Below the pieces are notes generated by a model. It was not told the origin of the DNA, did not search any database, and was given only the letters and a program-made list of their open reading frames with translations. Below are positions 28,052-37,394 of a stretch of 64,000 nt of DNA, piece by piece. The position numbers and the translations under genes are program-made. Location of the stretch: the NCBI GenBank assembly GCA_965247635.1, contig CBDFHJ010000008.1, positions 252,381-316,380 on the forward strand, in the 5' to 3' direction. The stretch comes from Dehalococcoidia bacterium (lineage in GTDB: Bacteria > Chloroflexota > Dehalococcoidia > Lucifugimonadales > Australimonadaceae). Every line of letters begins with the position of its first letter. The stretch's first letter is position 1.

Positions 28052-29491
28052 TTAAGCGTCCAGGTACAGGTAAAACTCGTAGGGGTGCGGGCGCAGCCTG
28101 ACCGGGTCCACCTCGTTCGTGCGCTTGTAATCAATCCACTTCTCGATCACGTCTGGAGTGAACACGTCGCCCTGCAGCAGGAAGTCGTGGTCCTCCTCCA
28201 AGGCATCCAGCACCTCTTCCAAGGAACCGGGCACCTGGCGCACCTTTGCCGCCTCCTCGGGCGGCAGGTCGTACAGGTCCTTGTCGATAGGTTCGCCTGG
28301 GTCAATCTCGTTCACCACGCCGTCCAGCCCAGCCATGAGCATCGCGGCGAAGGCAAGGTAGGGGTTGCACGTGGGATCCGGCGGACGGAACTCCACCCGC
28401 TTGGCGTTGGGGTTGGTGTTGTACACCGGGATTCGGGCCGCCGCGCTGCGGTTACGCTGCGAATACACCAGGTTTACCGGCGCCTCGAAGCCCGGCACCA
28501 GCCGGCGGTACGAGTTGGTGGTGGGGGCGATGAGCGCCAGGACGGCTGCCGCGTGCTTGAACAGGCCGCCGATGTAGTTCAGCGCCATCTTGCTGGTCAG
28601 CGCGTAGCCGCTCTCGTCGAAGAAGAGGTTGGTCCCTCCCTTCCACAGGCTCTGGTGCACATGCATTCCGGAGCCGTTATCCTCGAACAGCGGCTTGGGC
28701 ATGAAGGTTGCCACCTTCCCGTGAGACCGGGCCACGTTCTTGACGATGTACTTGTGCATCATCACCTGGTCGGCCATCCGAGTAAGGGTCTTAAACCGCA
28801 TGTCGATCTCGCCCTGCCCCGCCGTGGCCACCTCGTGGTGATGGACCTCTATGTCGATCCCGCTGTCTATCAGCTGCAGCACGCACTCAGACCGGATGTC
28901 CTGCAACGAATCCGTCGGAGGCGTCGGGAAGTACCCTCCCTTGTACTTGGGACGGTGCCCCTGGTTGGGGCGGTCACTCCTCCCTGAGTTCCAGATCCCT
29001 TCGTCCGAGTCGATGAAGTAGTACCCGCTGTGCTCGTTCTGATCGAACCGGACGTCGTCGAAGATGAAGTGTTCCAGCTCCGGGCCCCAGTTGCTGATAT
29101 CGGCGAGCCCCGTGGACTTCAGATACGCCTCCGCCTTCTGAGCTATGTGGCGCGGGTCTCGCGAGTATGGCCCGCCCGCGACGGGGTCGCGAACGTTACA
29201 CACAAAGCTTATCGTGGGTATCTTTAGCGCCGGGTCCACGAATACCGACGAAAGGTCTGGCACCAGCATCATGTCGCTTTCATCGATGCTCTGGAACCCC
29301 CGGATGCTGGAGCCGTCGAACCCCAGCCCTTCCGTAAACGACCCCTCGTCCAGATGAGTCAACGGCACGGAGAAGTGCTGCCACGTGCCGGGCAGGTCGG
29401 TGAATTTCAGGTCTGCGATCCGGATCCCGTGCTGCTCACAGTACGCACGAACCTCCTTCAGCGTCGTACCAATCTCTCGGGAACTGGCCAT
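28052..29491 (-). CDS. glnA: type I glutamine synthetase
   Basis: FDGSSIRGF, HHHEVATAGQ.EI, TFMPKP...NGSGMHVHQS and NRSAA.RIP motifs; adenylylation-site motif DKDLYDLP. Confidence 0.97.
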   Translation of the reverse strand: MASSREIGTTLKEVRAYCEQHGIRIADLKFTDLPGTWQHFSVPLTHLDEGSFTEGLGFDGSSIRGFQSIDESDMMLVPDLSSVFVDPALKIPTISFVCNVRDPVAGGPYSRDPRHIAQKAEAYLKSTGLADISNWGPELEHFIFDDVRFDQNEHSGYYFIDSDEGIWNSGRSDRPNQGHRPKYKGGYFPTPPTDSLQDIRSECVLQLIDSGIDIEVHHHEVATAGQGEIDMRFKTLTRMADQVMMHKYIVKNVARSHGKVATFMPKPLFEDNGSGMHVHQSLWKGGTNLFFDESGYALTSKMALNYIGGLFKHAAAVLALIAPTTNSYRRLVPGFEAPVNLVYSQRNRSAAARIPVYNTNPNAKRVEFRPPDPTCNPYLAFAAMLMAGLDGVVNEIDPGEPIDKDLYDLPPEEAAKVRQVPGSLEEVLDALEEDHDFLLQGDVFTPDVIEKWIDYKRTNEVDPVRLRPHPYEFYLYLDA

Positions 29492-29596
29492 GGGTACTCC
29501 CTCCCTTCATAGTACTCATACCCTTTGGAGCGGCCGCTTGCCACGGGTGTGCGCCCGGACGACTCCGGAGGGCTAGGCCAACCGTGGCCCGGCGCT

Positions 29597-29650
29597 ATTA
29601 TAGGTGGTCACGGCCGCTTTGGGAGAAACGCGCGTTACAACTTTGTAAAC
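29597..29650 (-). promoter_or_regulatory. glnA -10 box and candidate operator
   Basis: TATAAT on the minus strand at 29597-29602; palindrome TTACA-ACTT-TGTAA at 29635-29648. Confidence 0.5.
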
Positions 29651-29932
29651 TTTTTCACGCTGCCCTTGCCCTCCTCCCCGCTGGGAGAGAGGACGGGTGG
29701 CCCCGCAGCCAGATTGCCGCAGCCTCCCGTCGTCAGGCGTGGCGAACTTCGGGGACACCGCACTAGGAGGCATCCTGAGCAAAATCGAAGGGATGCCATC
29801 GCGCCCCGGCAACCGCTTGTAACGCCATGCGCCGCTGCCCTATCATGGGCGCGCCTAGCAGGGTGGAGAAAGCCCTTCCGCCCAGTCGTCCTTGTATCTT
29901 GAATGGAGGGTGAACCGGAGATTCAATCGGCG

Positions 29933-30215
29933 CCGTGGTTCGACAGGCTCACCACGAGCGGAAAGAGAGGCCCGTTCGTCCTGAGCCTGTCGAAGGACGA
30001 ACGGTACCGCGACCTTGTCCCTTTCTCTCAACAGGGCACCGGCGGGGGCTTGTGCGGGTCAGGCGGAAGTATGCGGCAGGGACACCGCAAGTAGGTGCAG
30101 GGGATTTGTTCGGCGTGCAGGGTTGAGTCTCGGTGGCGCTCCGGCGCGGGCTTCAATGCCTTCCGTAGTTAATAGCGATGGGGACCCCGCAAGTGGGTCC
30201 AGGGCCGCGCCCTGG
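29933..30215. repeat. palindromic-element cluster upstream of fabF
   Basis: GTGGTTCGACAGGCTCACCACG...CCGTTCGTCCTGAGCCTGTCGAAGGACG, plus GGGGACCCCGCAAGTGGGTCCAGGGCCGCGCCCTGG modules. Confidence 0.85.
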
Positions 30216-30231
30216 AAGGGTCACGACAAAG

Positions 30232-31518
30232 ATGGCGATAGGAGCATCACGAAAGAGTGCCCCGACAAGTCGGGGCCGCAATCCGGTGTACGTCACCGGC
30301 GCTGGCATGGTGACGCCCCTGGGCCTGGACAGCGCCTCGACGTGGCAAGCCCTGTTGCGTGGTACCTCTGGCATCGACCACATCACCGCCTTCGACGCCG
30401 AGGGGTTCGACACCACCTTCGCGGGCGAAGTGAAGGGTTTCGACCCCACCGACTACCTCGACCGCAAGCACGCGCGGCGGCTGGACCGCTTCGCCCAGCT
30501 AGCTGCCGCGGCCACGTATCAGGCGCTGGCCCAGGCGGGCCTTGACCTGAACAACGGTTCCGTCGATCCCCAGCGGGTCGGCGTGGTCATCGGCAGCGGC
30601 ATCGGCGGCATCCTTACCCTCTCCGAGCAGTGGGCGGTGCTGGCCGAACGCGGCCCCGACCGCGTCAGCCCCTTTCTGGTCCCCATGATGCTGGCGGATA
30701 TGGCCTCCGGACAGGTGTCCATCCTCTTCGGCGCCATGGGGCCCAACTACTGCGTGGTCACCGCATGCTCCAGCGGCGCCGACGCCATCGGCATCGCGGC
30801 CGAGATGGTCCGGCGCGGCGAGATCGACATCGCCATCGCCGGCGGCACCGAGGCGCCGATATGCCCAATCGCCGTGGCCGGGTTCAACTCCTGTCTGGCC
30901 CTCTCCACTCGCAACAACGACCCAAAGGGCGCCAGCCGCCCCTTCGACGCGGACCGCGACGGGTTCGTCATGGCCGAGGGCGCCGGGGTCCTGGTGCTGG
31001 AGAGCCAGGAGAGCATGGTGCGGCGTGATGCGCGGCCCCTGGCCGAGCTGGCGGGCTATGGCGCTTCCTCAGACGCCTTCCACGTCACCCAGCCTGGACC
31101 TGACGGTAAGAGCGCGGCCTTCGCCATGCAGAAGGCCATGGACCAGGCTAACCTGCAACCCAAGGACCTCAGCTACATCAACGCCCACGGCACCGGCACC
31201 CCGCTCAACGATAAGTTTGAGACCGTGGCCATGAAAGCGGTGCTGGGCGACGAAGCGTACAAGGTCCGCGTCAGCTCCACCAAGTCCATGATGGGCCACG
31301 TCTTGGGCGCCGCCGGCGGGATCGAAGCGGTCATCACCGTCATGGCTATAGACGAGGGTGCGTGTCCGCCCACCATCAACCTGGAGACCCCCGACCCGGA
31401 CTGCGACCTGGACTACACCCCCTACACTCCCTACCGTGGCGTGGTCGACGCGGCCATGAGCAACAACTTCGGCTTCGGCGGCCACAACTCCTCCCTCGTC
31501 TTCAAGCGGCCGGAGTAG
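30232..31518 (+). CDS. fabF: 3-oxoacyl-ACP synthase II
   Basis: TACSSG, INAHGTGT, STKSM.GH and NNFGFGGHN motifs. Start uncertain. Confidence 0.95.
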   Translation: MAIGASRKSAPTSRGRNPVYVTGAGMVTPLGLDSASTWQALLRGTSGIDHITAFDAEGFDTTFAGEVKGFDPTDYLDRKHARRLDRFAQLAAAATYQALAQAGLDLNNGSVDPQRVGVVIGSGIGGILTLSEQWAVLAERGPDRVSPFLVPMMLADMASGQVSILFGAMGPNYCVVTACSSGADAIGIAAEMVRRGEIDIAIAGGTEAPICPIAVAGFNSCLALSTRNNDPKGASRPFDADRDGFVMAEGAGVLVLESQESMVRRDARPLAELAGYGASSDAFHVTQPGPDGKSAAFAMQKAMDQANLQPKDLSYINAHGTGTPLNDKFETVAMKAVLGDEAYKVRVSSTKSMMGHVLGAAGGIEAVITVMAIDEGACPPTINLETPDPDCDLDYTPYTPYRGVVDAAMSNNFGFGGHNSSLVFKRPE

Positions 31519-31527
31519 CGCGACCCC

Positions 31528-33234
31528 GTGGCTGCGGCCCCACTCTATGCATTCCACGGACGACAGAAGCCCTGGCGCGTAGCCCAGCCGACCAACTCCG
31601 CCGACGCCAAGGCGTTGGGCGACTTGCCACCCCTGATAGCGGACCTGCTCTATCACCGTGGCCTGCGCACCGCCGCAGAGGTCCGTGAGTTCCTAGACGT
31701 CAGCGAGTCGCTCCTGGAGGACCCCGAGTCCCTTCCCGACATCGGCCTCGCGGTGGAGCGTCTCGAGGCTGCTAGGGACCGGGGTGAGTTGGTGGCCGTT
31801 TATGGCGACTTCGACGCCGATGGCGTTACCGGCACGGCCCTCATGGTCCGCGCCTTGGGACGCTTCGGCATCCAGACACTCCCCTACATTCCGCACCGTG
31901 TTGAGGAGGGCCATGGCCTGAACCCCATTTCCGTCCGCTACCTGCGCGAGCAAGGAGTCAACGTGGTCCTTACCGTGGACTGCGGCGTCTCCGACGTGGA
32001 CCCCATCGCGTTGGCCCGGTCTTTGGGAATGGACACCATCGTCACCGACCACCACACGGTCAGCGGGCCGCTGCCCGACGCCACCGCCATCATCAACCCG
32101 CGGGCCCCCGGCTCCGAGTACCCCTTCGACCACCTCACCGGCGTGGGCATGGCCCTGAAGCTGGCCCAGACCCTTCTGGAGCCGGCGGACGGCGCGGAGT
32201 GGGCGGAGGGCCTGCTGGAGCTGGCGGCCATCGGCACCGTCACCGACATGGCGCCTTTGGTCCACGAGAACCGGTACATCGTGCACCGGGGCCTGGGCCA
32301 GCTGCGCCGCACCACGACCCTTGGACTTCAGGTCCTCATGCGCGCCGCGAGAGTCGAGCCATCCACGTTGGGCGCCGAGGGCATCGGCTTCGCCATCGGG
32401 CCCCGCCTGAACGCGGCCGGCCGACTGGACCACGCCATGGACGCCTACCATCTTCTGGCGACCCAGGACCCCGCGGAGGCCGAGGCGTTGGTAGCCCAGC
32501 TAGAGCGTCACAACGACCAACGTAGGTACCTCACCGACGAGACCCTCGAGGCATGCCGTCAGGCCATCGCCCAAGCAGGAGGCCCCGGCGACCTCATTCT
32601 GGAGGGCAGCCCGGAGTACAACCCAGGCGTCGTTGGTCTGGTAGCCGGCAGGCTGGCGGAGGAGTTCGGCGTTCCGGCGGCTGTCTACGCCCTGGACGGA
32701 AACCTGGTCCGGGCCAGCAGCCGCGGCGCGCCCAGCTTCCATTGGGCCCAGGCCTTGGCCTCCTGTGACGACCTCTTGGAGCGCTATGGCGGTCACGCCC
32801 AAGCCGCCGGGTTTACCTGCGACGCCGCCAATCTGCCCGAGCTGCGGGAACGGTTGCTAGCCATCGTCCACGAGCGTCTGCCCGGGGGCCCCGTTGGCCC
32901 AGAGGGCTACGTCGACGCCGAAGTGGAGCTTCCGCAGCTCATGGGGACGACCTTGCAAACCCTCCGCCAGCTGGAGCCTTTCGGTGTCGGCAACCCGGCG
33001 CCCGTGTTCTTGACCAAGGACGTTTTGGTGGAGAACGTCCGCACCATGAGCGCCGATGGCCAGCACTTTCGGATGCGCCTGCGCAGCGGTGGCGCCACGT
33101 GGAACGCGGTGGCCTTCCGCCAGACGTGGCAACCGGGAGTCGAGCGCGTCGACATCGTCTACTCTTTGGACGTGGACCACTGGGGCGGCACGTCCCGCCT
33201 TCGCCTCACCATCCACGACTACGCGCCGGTGTAG
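31528..33234 (+). CDS. recJ: ssDNA-specific exonuclease RecJ
   Basis: YGDFDADG, TVDCG, TDHH, PRLNAAGR, GGHAQAAG and LEPFG.GNP motifs. Confidence 0.95.
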   Translation: MAAAPLYAFHGRQKPWRVAQPTNSADAKALGDLPPLIADLLYHRGLRTAAEVREFLDVSESLLEDPESLPDIGLAVERLEAARDRGELVAVYGDFDADGVTGTALMVRALGRFGIQTLPYIPHRVEEGHGLNPISVRYLREQGVNVVLTVDCGVSDVDPIALARSLGMDTIVTDHHTVSGPLPDATAIINPRAPGSEYPFDHLTGVGMALKLAQTLLEPADGAEWAEGLLELAAIGTVTDMAPLVHENRYIVHRGLGQLRRTTTLGLQVLMRAARVEPSTLGAEGIGFAIGPRLNAAGRLDHAMDAYHLLATQDPAEAEALVAQLERHNDQRRYLTDETLEACRQAIAQAGGPGDLILEGSPEYNPGVVGLVAGRLAEEFGVPAAVYALDGNLVRASSRGAPSFHWAQALASCDDLLERYGGHAQAAGFTCDAANLPELRERLLAIVHERLPGGPVGPEGYVDAEVELPQLMGTTLQTLRQLEPFGVGNPAPVFLTKDVLVENVRTMSADGQHFRMRLRSGGATWNAVAFRQTWQPGVERVDIVYSLDVDHWGGTSRLRLTIHDYAPV

Positions 33235-33236
33235 GC

Positions 33237-33356
33237 TGGGAGGCCCTTTCTTGCGAGAAAGGGCCTCCCAGACCCTCCCCAAAGAACCCTAAGTGTTCAC
33301 GCTGGAAAGTTTCTGGAAGGGGTTTGGGGGAACTTCTTTGCAAAGAGGTTCCCCCA
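33237..33356. repeat. composite palindromic element between convergent recJ and lgt
   Basis: GGGAGGCCCTTTCT-TGCG-AGAAAGGGCCTCCC and GGGGGAACTTCTTT-GC-AAAGAGGTTCCCCC hairpins. Confidence 0.75.
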
Positions 33357-33357
33357 C

Positions 33358-34131
33358 TCACCGGACGCCCTGCCGATACCACCGCCAAAGCAACACCCCA
33401 CCCGCCACCAGCACCGCGATCCCCACCACCTGCGCCTGCTGTAGCCCAAGCACCAGCGTCGGGTCCAGCCGAGCGAACGAGATGAGGGTGCGGCCCGTCG
33501 CGTACCCCACCAGGTAGGCCACGAACAGCGCGCCGTCCGGACGCATCCGTGTCCGGAAGCGCCATAGCACAACCAGTAGCGCGGCGTCCCATAGCAGCTC
33601 GTACAGGCCCACCGGATGCAGCCGCGTTAGCTCGCCGGTATACGACACGCTATCCGGATGCGTATAGGTGATACCCCACGGCAACGATGTCGCCTTGGCC
33701 AATCGCTCACCCGTCAGCACGTCGCCGACTCGGGCCACGGCCTGCCCCGCCAACGCCGCCAGCGCGGCCACGTCGGCCAGCCTCCACACGGGCATGCCCG
33801 CCCGCCGGGCGTACAGGCCAGCGCCCAGCGCCCCTCCCAGGATGCCACCCCACAGCGACAGCCCGCCGGTCCACACGTACACGGCCTGAAACGGCGCCTC
33901 GGAGTAAAAGCTCCAGTAGTCCAGCACGTGCAGCAGCCGCGCGCCCACCAGCCCCCAGACGACGGCCTGGAGCACTACCCCATAGGCGGCCCCGGCGCCG
34001 ATCCCCAGTTGCGCTGCCCATCGCACCGCCAGTCCTCCGCCCACGACCAGGCCCGCGAGTATGAACAGCGTTACCAATCCCACCGGCAGAGGGCCGATGG
34101 CAACGATGGCCGGGTCAAGTCCAATGCTCAT
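33358..34131 (-). CDS. lgt: prolipoprotein diacylglyceryl transferase
   Basis: GARLLHV, GGLSLWGG, T.LPWG..Y and HPVGLYE motifs; somewhat divergent. Confidence 0.85.
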   Translation of the reverse strand: MSIGLDPAIVAIGPLPVGLVTLFILAGLVVGGGLAVRWAAQLGIGAGAAYGVVLQAVVWGLVGARLLHVLDYWSFYSEAPFQAVYVWTGGLSLWGGILGGALGAGLYARRAGMPVWRLADVAALAALAGQAVARVGDVLTGERLAKATSLPWGITYTHPDSVSYTGELTRLHPVGLYELLWDAALLVVLWRFRTRMRPDGALFVAYLVGYATGRTLISFARLDPTLVLGLQQAQVVGIAVLVAGGVLLWRWYRQGVR

Positions 34132-34269
34132 GTCTACGAGCGCCCTTGTGCGAGTTACACGAGTAGCAGCCAGTCTAGCAGGGTGTCAAACCGCTACCTT
34201 CCCTCTTACAATGCAGTCAGCCTTGCAAAACCCTCTCCCATCAAGGAAGAGAGGCTAGGGTGGGAGTGC

Positions 34270-34569
34270 GTGTACATCCTTAATTACGAAGACGACGTGC
34301 GGCTTACCGGCCAGGACGGCACTCGCGTCACGGCGCGGCTCACCGGCGTCGTGGAGCCACGAGACGCCTACGAAGCGGGCCTCGGCCACGCCGAAGTGTC
34401 GCTGGCCTTCCAGCGTTGGCGCAGCCTGCGCGTCACCACTCAGCAGCCGATACCCTTTACGGCGGTCTCGCTTACTTTCGTCGACGGCTCCAGCAGGGCG
34501 GCCAGGCTTGCTCCAGAGGCTGACGCCGATGGCGCCTACACCTACGCCGTCGAGCTGACGGACGGCTGA
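34270..34569 (+). CDS. hypothetical protein (99 aa)
   Basis: GTG start after GGGAG; YILNYEDDVRL...; ends 19 bp before xerD. Confidence 0.65.
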   Translation: MYILNYEDDVRLTGQDGTRVTARLTGVVEPRDAYEAGLGHAEVSLAFQRWRSLRVTTQQPIPFTAVSLTFVDGSSRAARLAPEADADGAYTYAVELTDG

Positions 34570-34588
34570 AGCGTTCCGGCTTTCAACC

Positions 34589-35542
34589 ATGGACCGCTAC
34601 GACGCCAGCACCAGCGACCACCAGGTAGAGGTTTTCCTCAACCACCTGAGCGCCGAGCGCGGCCTCTCTCCTCACACGGTGGCCGCCTACCGCGGTGACC
34701 TGGAGCAGATGATCGCGGTCCTCCACGAGATCACTCAGGTTGCACAGCCTGTTCAGTGGGAGCGGCTCAATCGAGACACGCTAGAGAAGTACAGCCTGGC
34801 CTTGCAAAAGCGGGGATACTCGTCCACGACGTTGGCGAGGAAGACCGCCGCGGTGCGCTCCTTCTTCCGTTTTCTGGCCGAGGAGGGCGTCATACCAAGG
34901 AGTCCCGCCGAGTCCCTCCAGGCGCGGAGGCCCCAGCGCACGCTGCCGGACATCCTATCGGTGGACCAGGTCGTCGCGCTGCTACGCGCCACCGACGCGA
35001 CCCCCGGTCCAGAGGGCCTGCGCGACCGCGCCATGCTGGAGCTCACCTACGCCGCTGGGCTGCGGGTCTCCGAGGTTGTCGGGCCCCAGGGACTCGACCC
35101 TGCCAGCATCAACACGGAAACGGGGTGGGTCCGCTGCATAGGCAAGGGCTCCAAGGAGCGATTGGTACCCTTGTACCCCGGCGTTGTGGAGTGCGTGCGC
35201 CGTTACGTGACCGAAGCCCGGCCCCAGCTACGAGCCCGCGTCCGGGACAGGCTGGCCCACAGCACTACGGCCCTGTTCCTCAACAGTCGGGGCCGCCCTC
35301 TTACGCGTCAGGGGTTCTGGCTCGTCCTCAGGCGGCACGCTCGGCGGGCGGGCATCCGCACTCGCCTCACACCCCACGTCCTTCGCCACACCTTCGCCAC
35401 CCACCTTTTGCAGGGCGGCGCCTCGCTTCGGCATGTGCAGGAGATGCTGGGCCATGCTAACATTACAACGACTAAGATCTATACCCACCTGACCGACGCC
35501 CAGGTGCGGCAGGTCTACGAGAAAGCCCATCCCAGGGCGTAG
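34589..35542 (+). CDS. xerD: site-specific tyrosine recombinase XerD
   Basis: ERGLSPHT, GLRVSE, GKGSKER, TRQGFW, HVLRHTFATH and LGHA..TT.IY motifs. Confidence 0.93.
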   Translation: MDRYDASTSDHQVEVFLNHLSAERGLSPHTVAAYRGDLEQMIAVLHEITQVAQPVQWERLNRDTLEKYSLALQKRGYSSTTLARKTAAVRSFFRFLAEEGVIPRSPAESLQARRPQRTLPDILSVDQVVALLRATDATPGPEGLRDRAMLELTYAAGLRVSEVVGPQGLDPASINTETGWVRCIGKGSKERLVPLYPGVVECVRRYVTEARPQLRARVRDRLAHSTTALFLNSRGRPLTRQGFWLVLRRHARRAGIRTRLTPHVLRHTFATHLLQGGASLRHVQEMLGHANITTTKIYTHLTDAQVRQVYEKAHPRA

Positions 35543-35570
35543 GCGAGGGTAGCGTCTTGGAGAGACGCAG

Positions 35571-35696
35571 ATGCGTATGGCGGTTGGTAGCGACGAAGCA
35601 ACTCACCCGACAGCCCTTGTCGTGGGTGAGCTAAGCCGCCGGGACCACGATGTGGAGCTATTCACGTTGGTGGACCAGGCGGCGGCAGGGGGGTGA
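35571..35696 (+). pseudogene. N-terminal fragment of an RpiB/LacA-family sugar-phosphate isomerase
   Basis: MRMAVGSDEATHPTALVVGELSRRDHDVEL...* (41 aa) resembles the RpiB N-terminus. Confidence 0.55.
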
Positions 35697-35702
35697 GCGC
35701 GC

Positions 35703-36422
35703 ATGCCAATCGTAACCATTACAGGCATGGTTGGGAGCGGTGCGCCGGAGATAGGGGCCCAGGTGGCCCGGCAGTTGGAGTGCGACTACGTAGACCGTCA
35801 GGTCCTAGCGGAGGCGGCACGGAAGATCGGCACCTCCGTGGACGTCGTAGCCGAACGGACCGAACGGCTTCCGTCGCTGGGTGACCGGGTCGGCGCCTTC
35901 TTCCGCAGGGTCTTGGAGCGGTCGGCGATGGCCGGGACGGGGGGTGACCCCTACTTCGGCGCCGGCGCCGATGCCTTGCTCGTCCGCGAATACCGGGAGC
36001 TAGCGGATGCAGTTATCGAGGGCAGCGAAGGCGTTTCTGATGCCCAACTCCTGGAGGTCACCCAGAGCGTGATAACCGACTTGGCCCAGTCCGGTCACGC
36101 CGTCATCATCGGCCGCGGCTCCAACATCATTCTCAAGGACTGGCCGGGAGCCCTTCACGTGGGGCTTCACGCCTCCTTGGAGGCCCGTGTAAAGCGGGTC
36201 ATGGTGCGCGAGCAGCTAGACCAGGCCGAGGCCGAGCAATACGTGTCCGATATGGAACGCGGCTACATCGCTTACTTCCACCGGTTCTTCCACACCGAGA
36301 TCCATGAGCCGCTCTCCTACCATTTGCAGCTCAACACCGATTGGGTGGATGATTACAGGGCGACTGACCTCATCGTCGCGTCCGCCAAAAGCCTGGACTC
36401 CGGCCCGGCGGCTACACCGTAG
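35703..36422 (+). CDS. cytidylate kinase-like family protein
   Basis: IVTITG..GSG..EIG, VIIGRGSN and YHLQLNT motifs. Confidence 0.85.
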   Translation: MPIVTITGMVGSGAPEIGAQVARQLECDYVDRQVLAEAARKIGTSVDVVAERTERLPSLGDRVGAFFRRVLERSAMAGTGGDPYFGAGADALLVREYRELADAVIEGSEGVSDAQLLEVTQSVITDLAQSGHAVIIGRGSNIILKDWPGALHVGLHASLEARVKRVMVREQLDQAEAEQYVSDMERGYIAYFHRFFHTEIHEPLSYHLQLNTDWVDDYRATDLIVASAKSLDSGPAATP

Positions 36423-36448
36423 CCCTGGGAGGCATGTGAAGGAGACCT

Positions 36449-36820
36449 ATGCCCAGTAAAAAGGGCCAACGGCAAGCCGCACGGCAAACACAGCTCAGCG
36501 GAAGGTCCAGACATCGGGCTGGACCGCGACTCACCGAAGCGCAGCTTCGCGGGCCCGTCGAAGACGCCGAGGCTGCATCGGCTGAGCCTACCCGTCACTC
36601 CGAGTCCAGCGAGGAACCGCGTGCTGAGCCCACCACGGCCATAGTCGCAGCGCCGCAGTCACCGCCCGTCATGACTTTGCGGGCCCGCCGCGAGCGGCAG
36701 GCCATCGCCTTGCAGGCAGGTCCCAGCCTGCGGTCCGAGACGCTGCGTATCGGCATCGTCACCGCTGTCGTTGTCGCCGTCCTGCTCGGCCTAAAGCTCG
36801 GTAGCGACTTCGGCGCGTAG
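36449..36820 (+). CDS. hypothetical protein with a C-terminal TM helix
   Basis: AGGAG RBS; hydrophobic C-terminus. Confidence 0.7.
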   Translation: MPSKKGQRQAARQTQLSGRSRHRAGPRLTEAQLRGPVEDAEAASAEPTRHSESSEEPRAEPTTAIVAAPQSPPVMTLRARRERQAIALQAGPSLRSETLRIGIVTAVVVAVLLGLKLGSDFGA

Positions 36821-36912
36821 CCCGACACCCGTGTCATTCCAAACGGGGTGAGGAACCTCTCAGGGTATTGTTCCAGGTCTAGTAAAGAATCTCGTCCCTT
36901 TAGAGGAGAGCC

Positions 36913-37005
36913 ATGCGGCGTTTGATCGTGCCCCTAGTCCTCCTAGTAGTGGTGGTGTTCCGGCTCTTGCGACGGTCCTCCCGGCGACGTGACTCAGAAG
37001 AATAA
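36913..37005 (+). CDS. 30-aa small membrane protein
   Basis: GAGGAG RBS; MRRLIVPLVLLVVVVFRLLRRSSRRRDSEE*. Confidence 0.55.
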   Translation: MRRLIVPLVLLVVVVFRLLRRSSRRRDSEE

Positions 37006-37083
37006 GCTCCTACCCCCCGCGTTCGTCAGGCTGTGACTCGCCAGTCCCATTAGCCGTGTCATTCGCCCAGGGCTGCGCCTAAC

Positions 37084-37382
37084 TGGCGTACCGGCGTGGG
37101 CTTGAGCGCGCTCCGTTGATTAAAAAGCGCTCGGGGCCCCTCAAGTAGGTCCAGGGCCGCGCTCTGGTGGCGTACCGGCGTGGGCTTGAGCGCGCTTGCT
37201 GTCCATCGGCCATTGGGACCCCGCAAGTGGGTGCCCCGACGAGTCGGGGCCAAGTAGGTCCAGGGCCGCGCCCTGGTGGCGTACCGGCGTGGGCTTGAGC
37301 GCGCTTGCTGTCCATCGGCCATTGGGACCCCGCAAGTAGGTCAGGGGAAACCCTGCCAAGTAGGTCCAGGGCCACGCCCTGG
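37084..37382 (+). repeat. three-unit modular repeat array upstream of uvrC
   Basis: TGGCGTACCGGCGTGGGCTTGAGCGCGCT at 37084, 37168 and 37277; CAAGTAGGTCCAGGGCC.CGC.CTGG at 37142, 37251 and 37357. Confidence 0.9.
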
Positions 37383-37394
37383 TACAATAGGCAC

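Noticed and set aside
29492-29590. glnA (glutamine) riboswitch
   Set aside because: The leader has a GCCACGG/CCGTGGC stem but lacks the matching CGUUG...GCAACG P1 and E-loop elements.
34589-35542. Prophage or ICE integrase
   Set aside because: It has XerD signatures (TRQGFW, ERGLS.HT), a housekeeping context, and no att sites or phage genes nearby.
36913-37005. BCAA attenuator leader peptide
   Set aside because: Although I/L/V-rich, it has no following U-tract terminator and no ilv/leu gene downstream.
37084-37382. CRISPR array
   Set aside because: The intervening segments are not unique, uniform spacers (one is repeated, others are hairpins), the modules are dispersed elsewhere in the window, and there are no cas genes.
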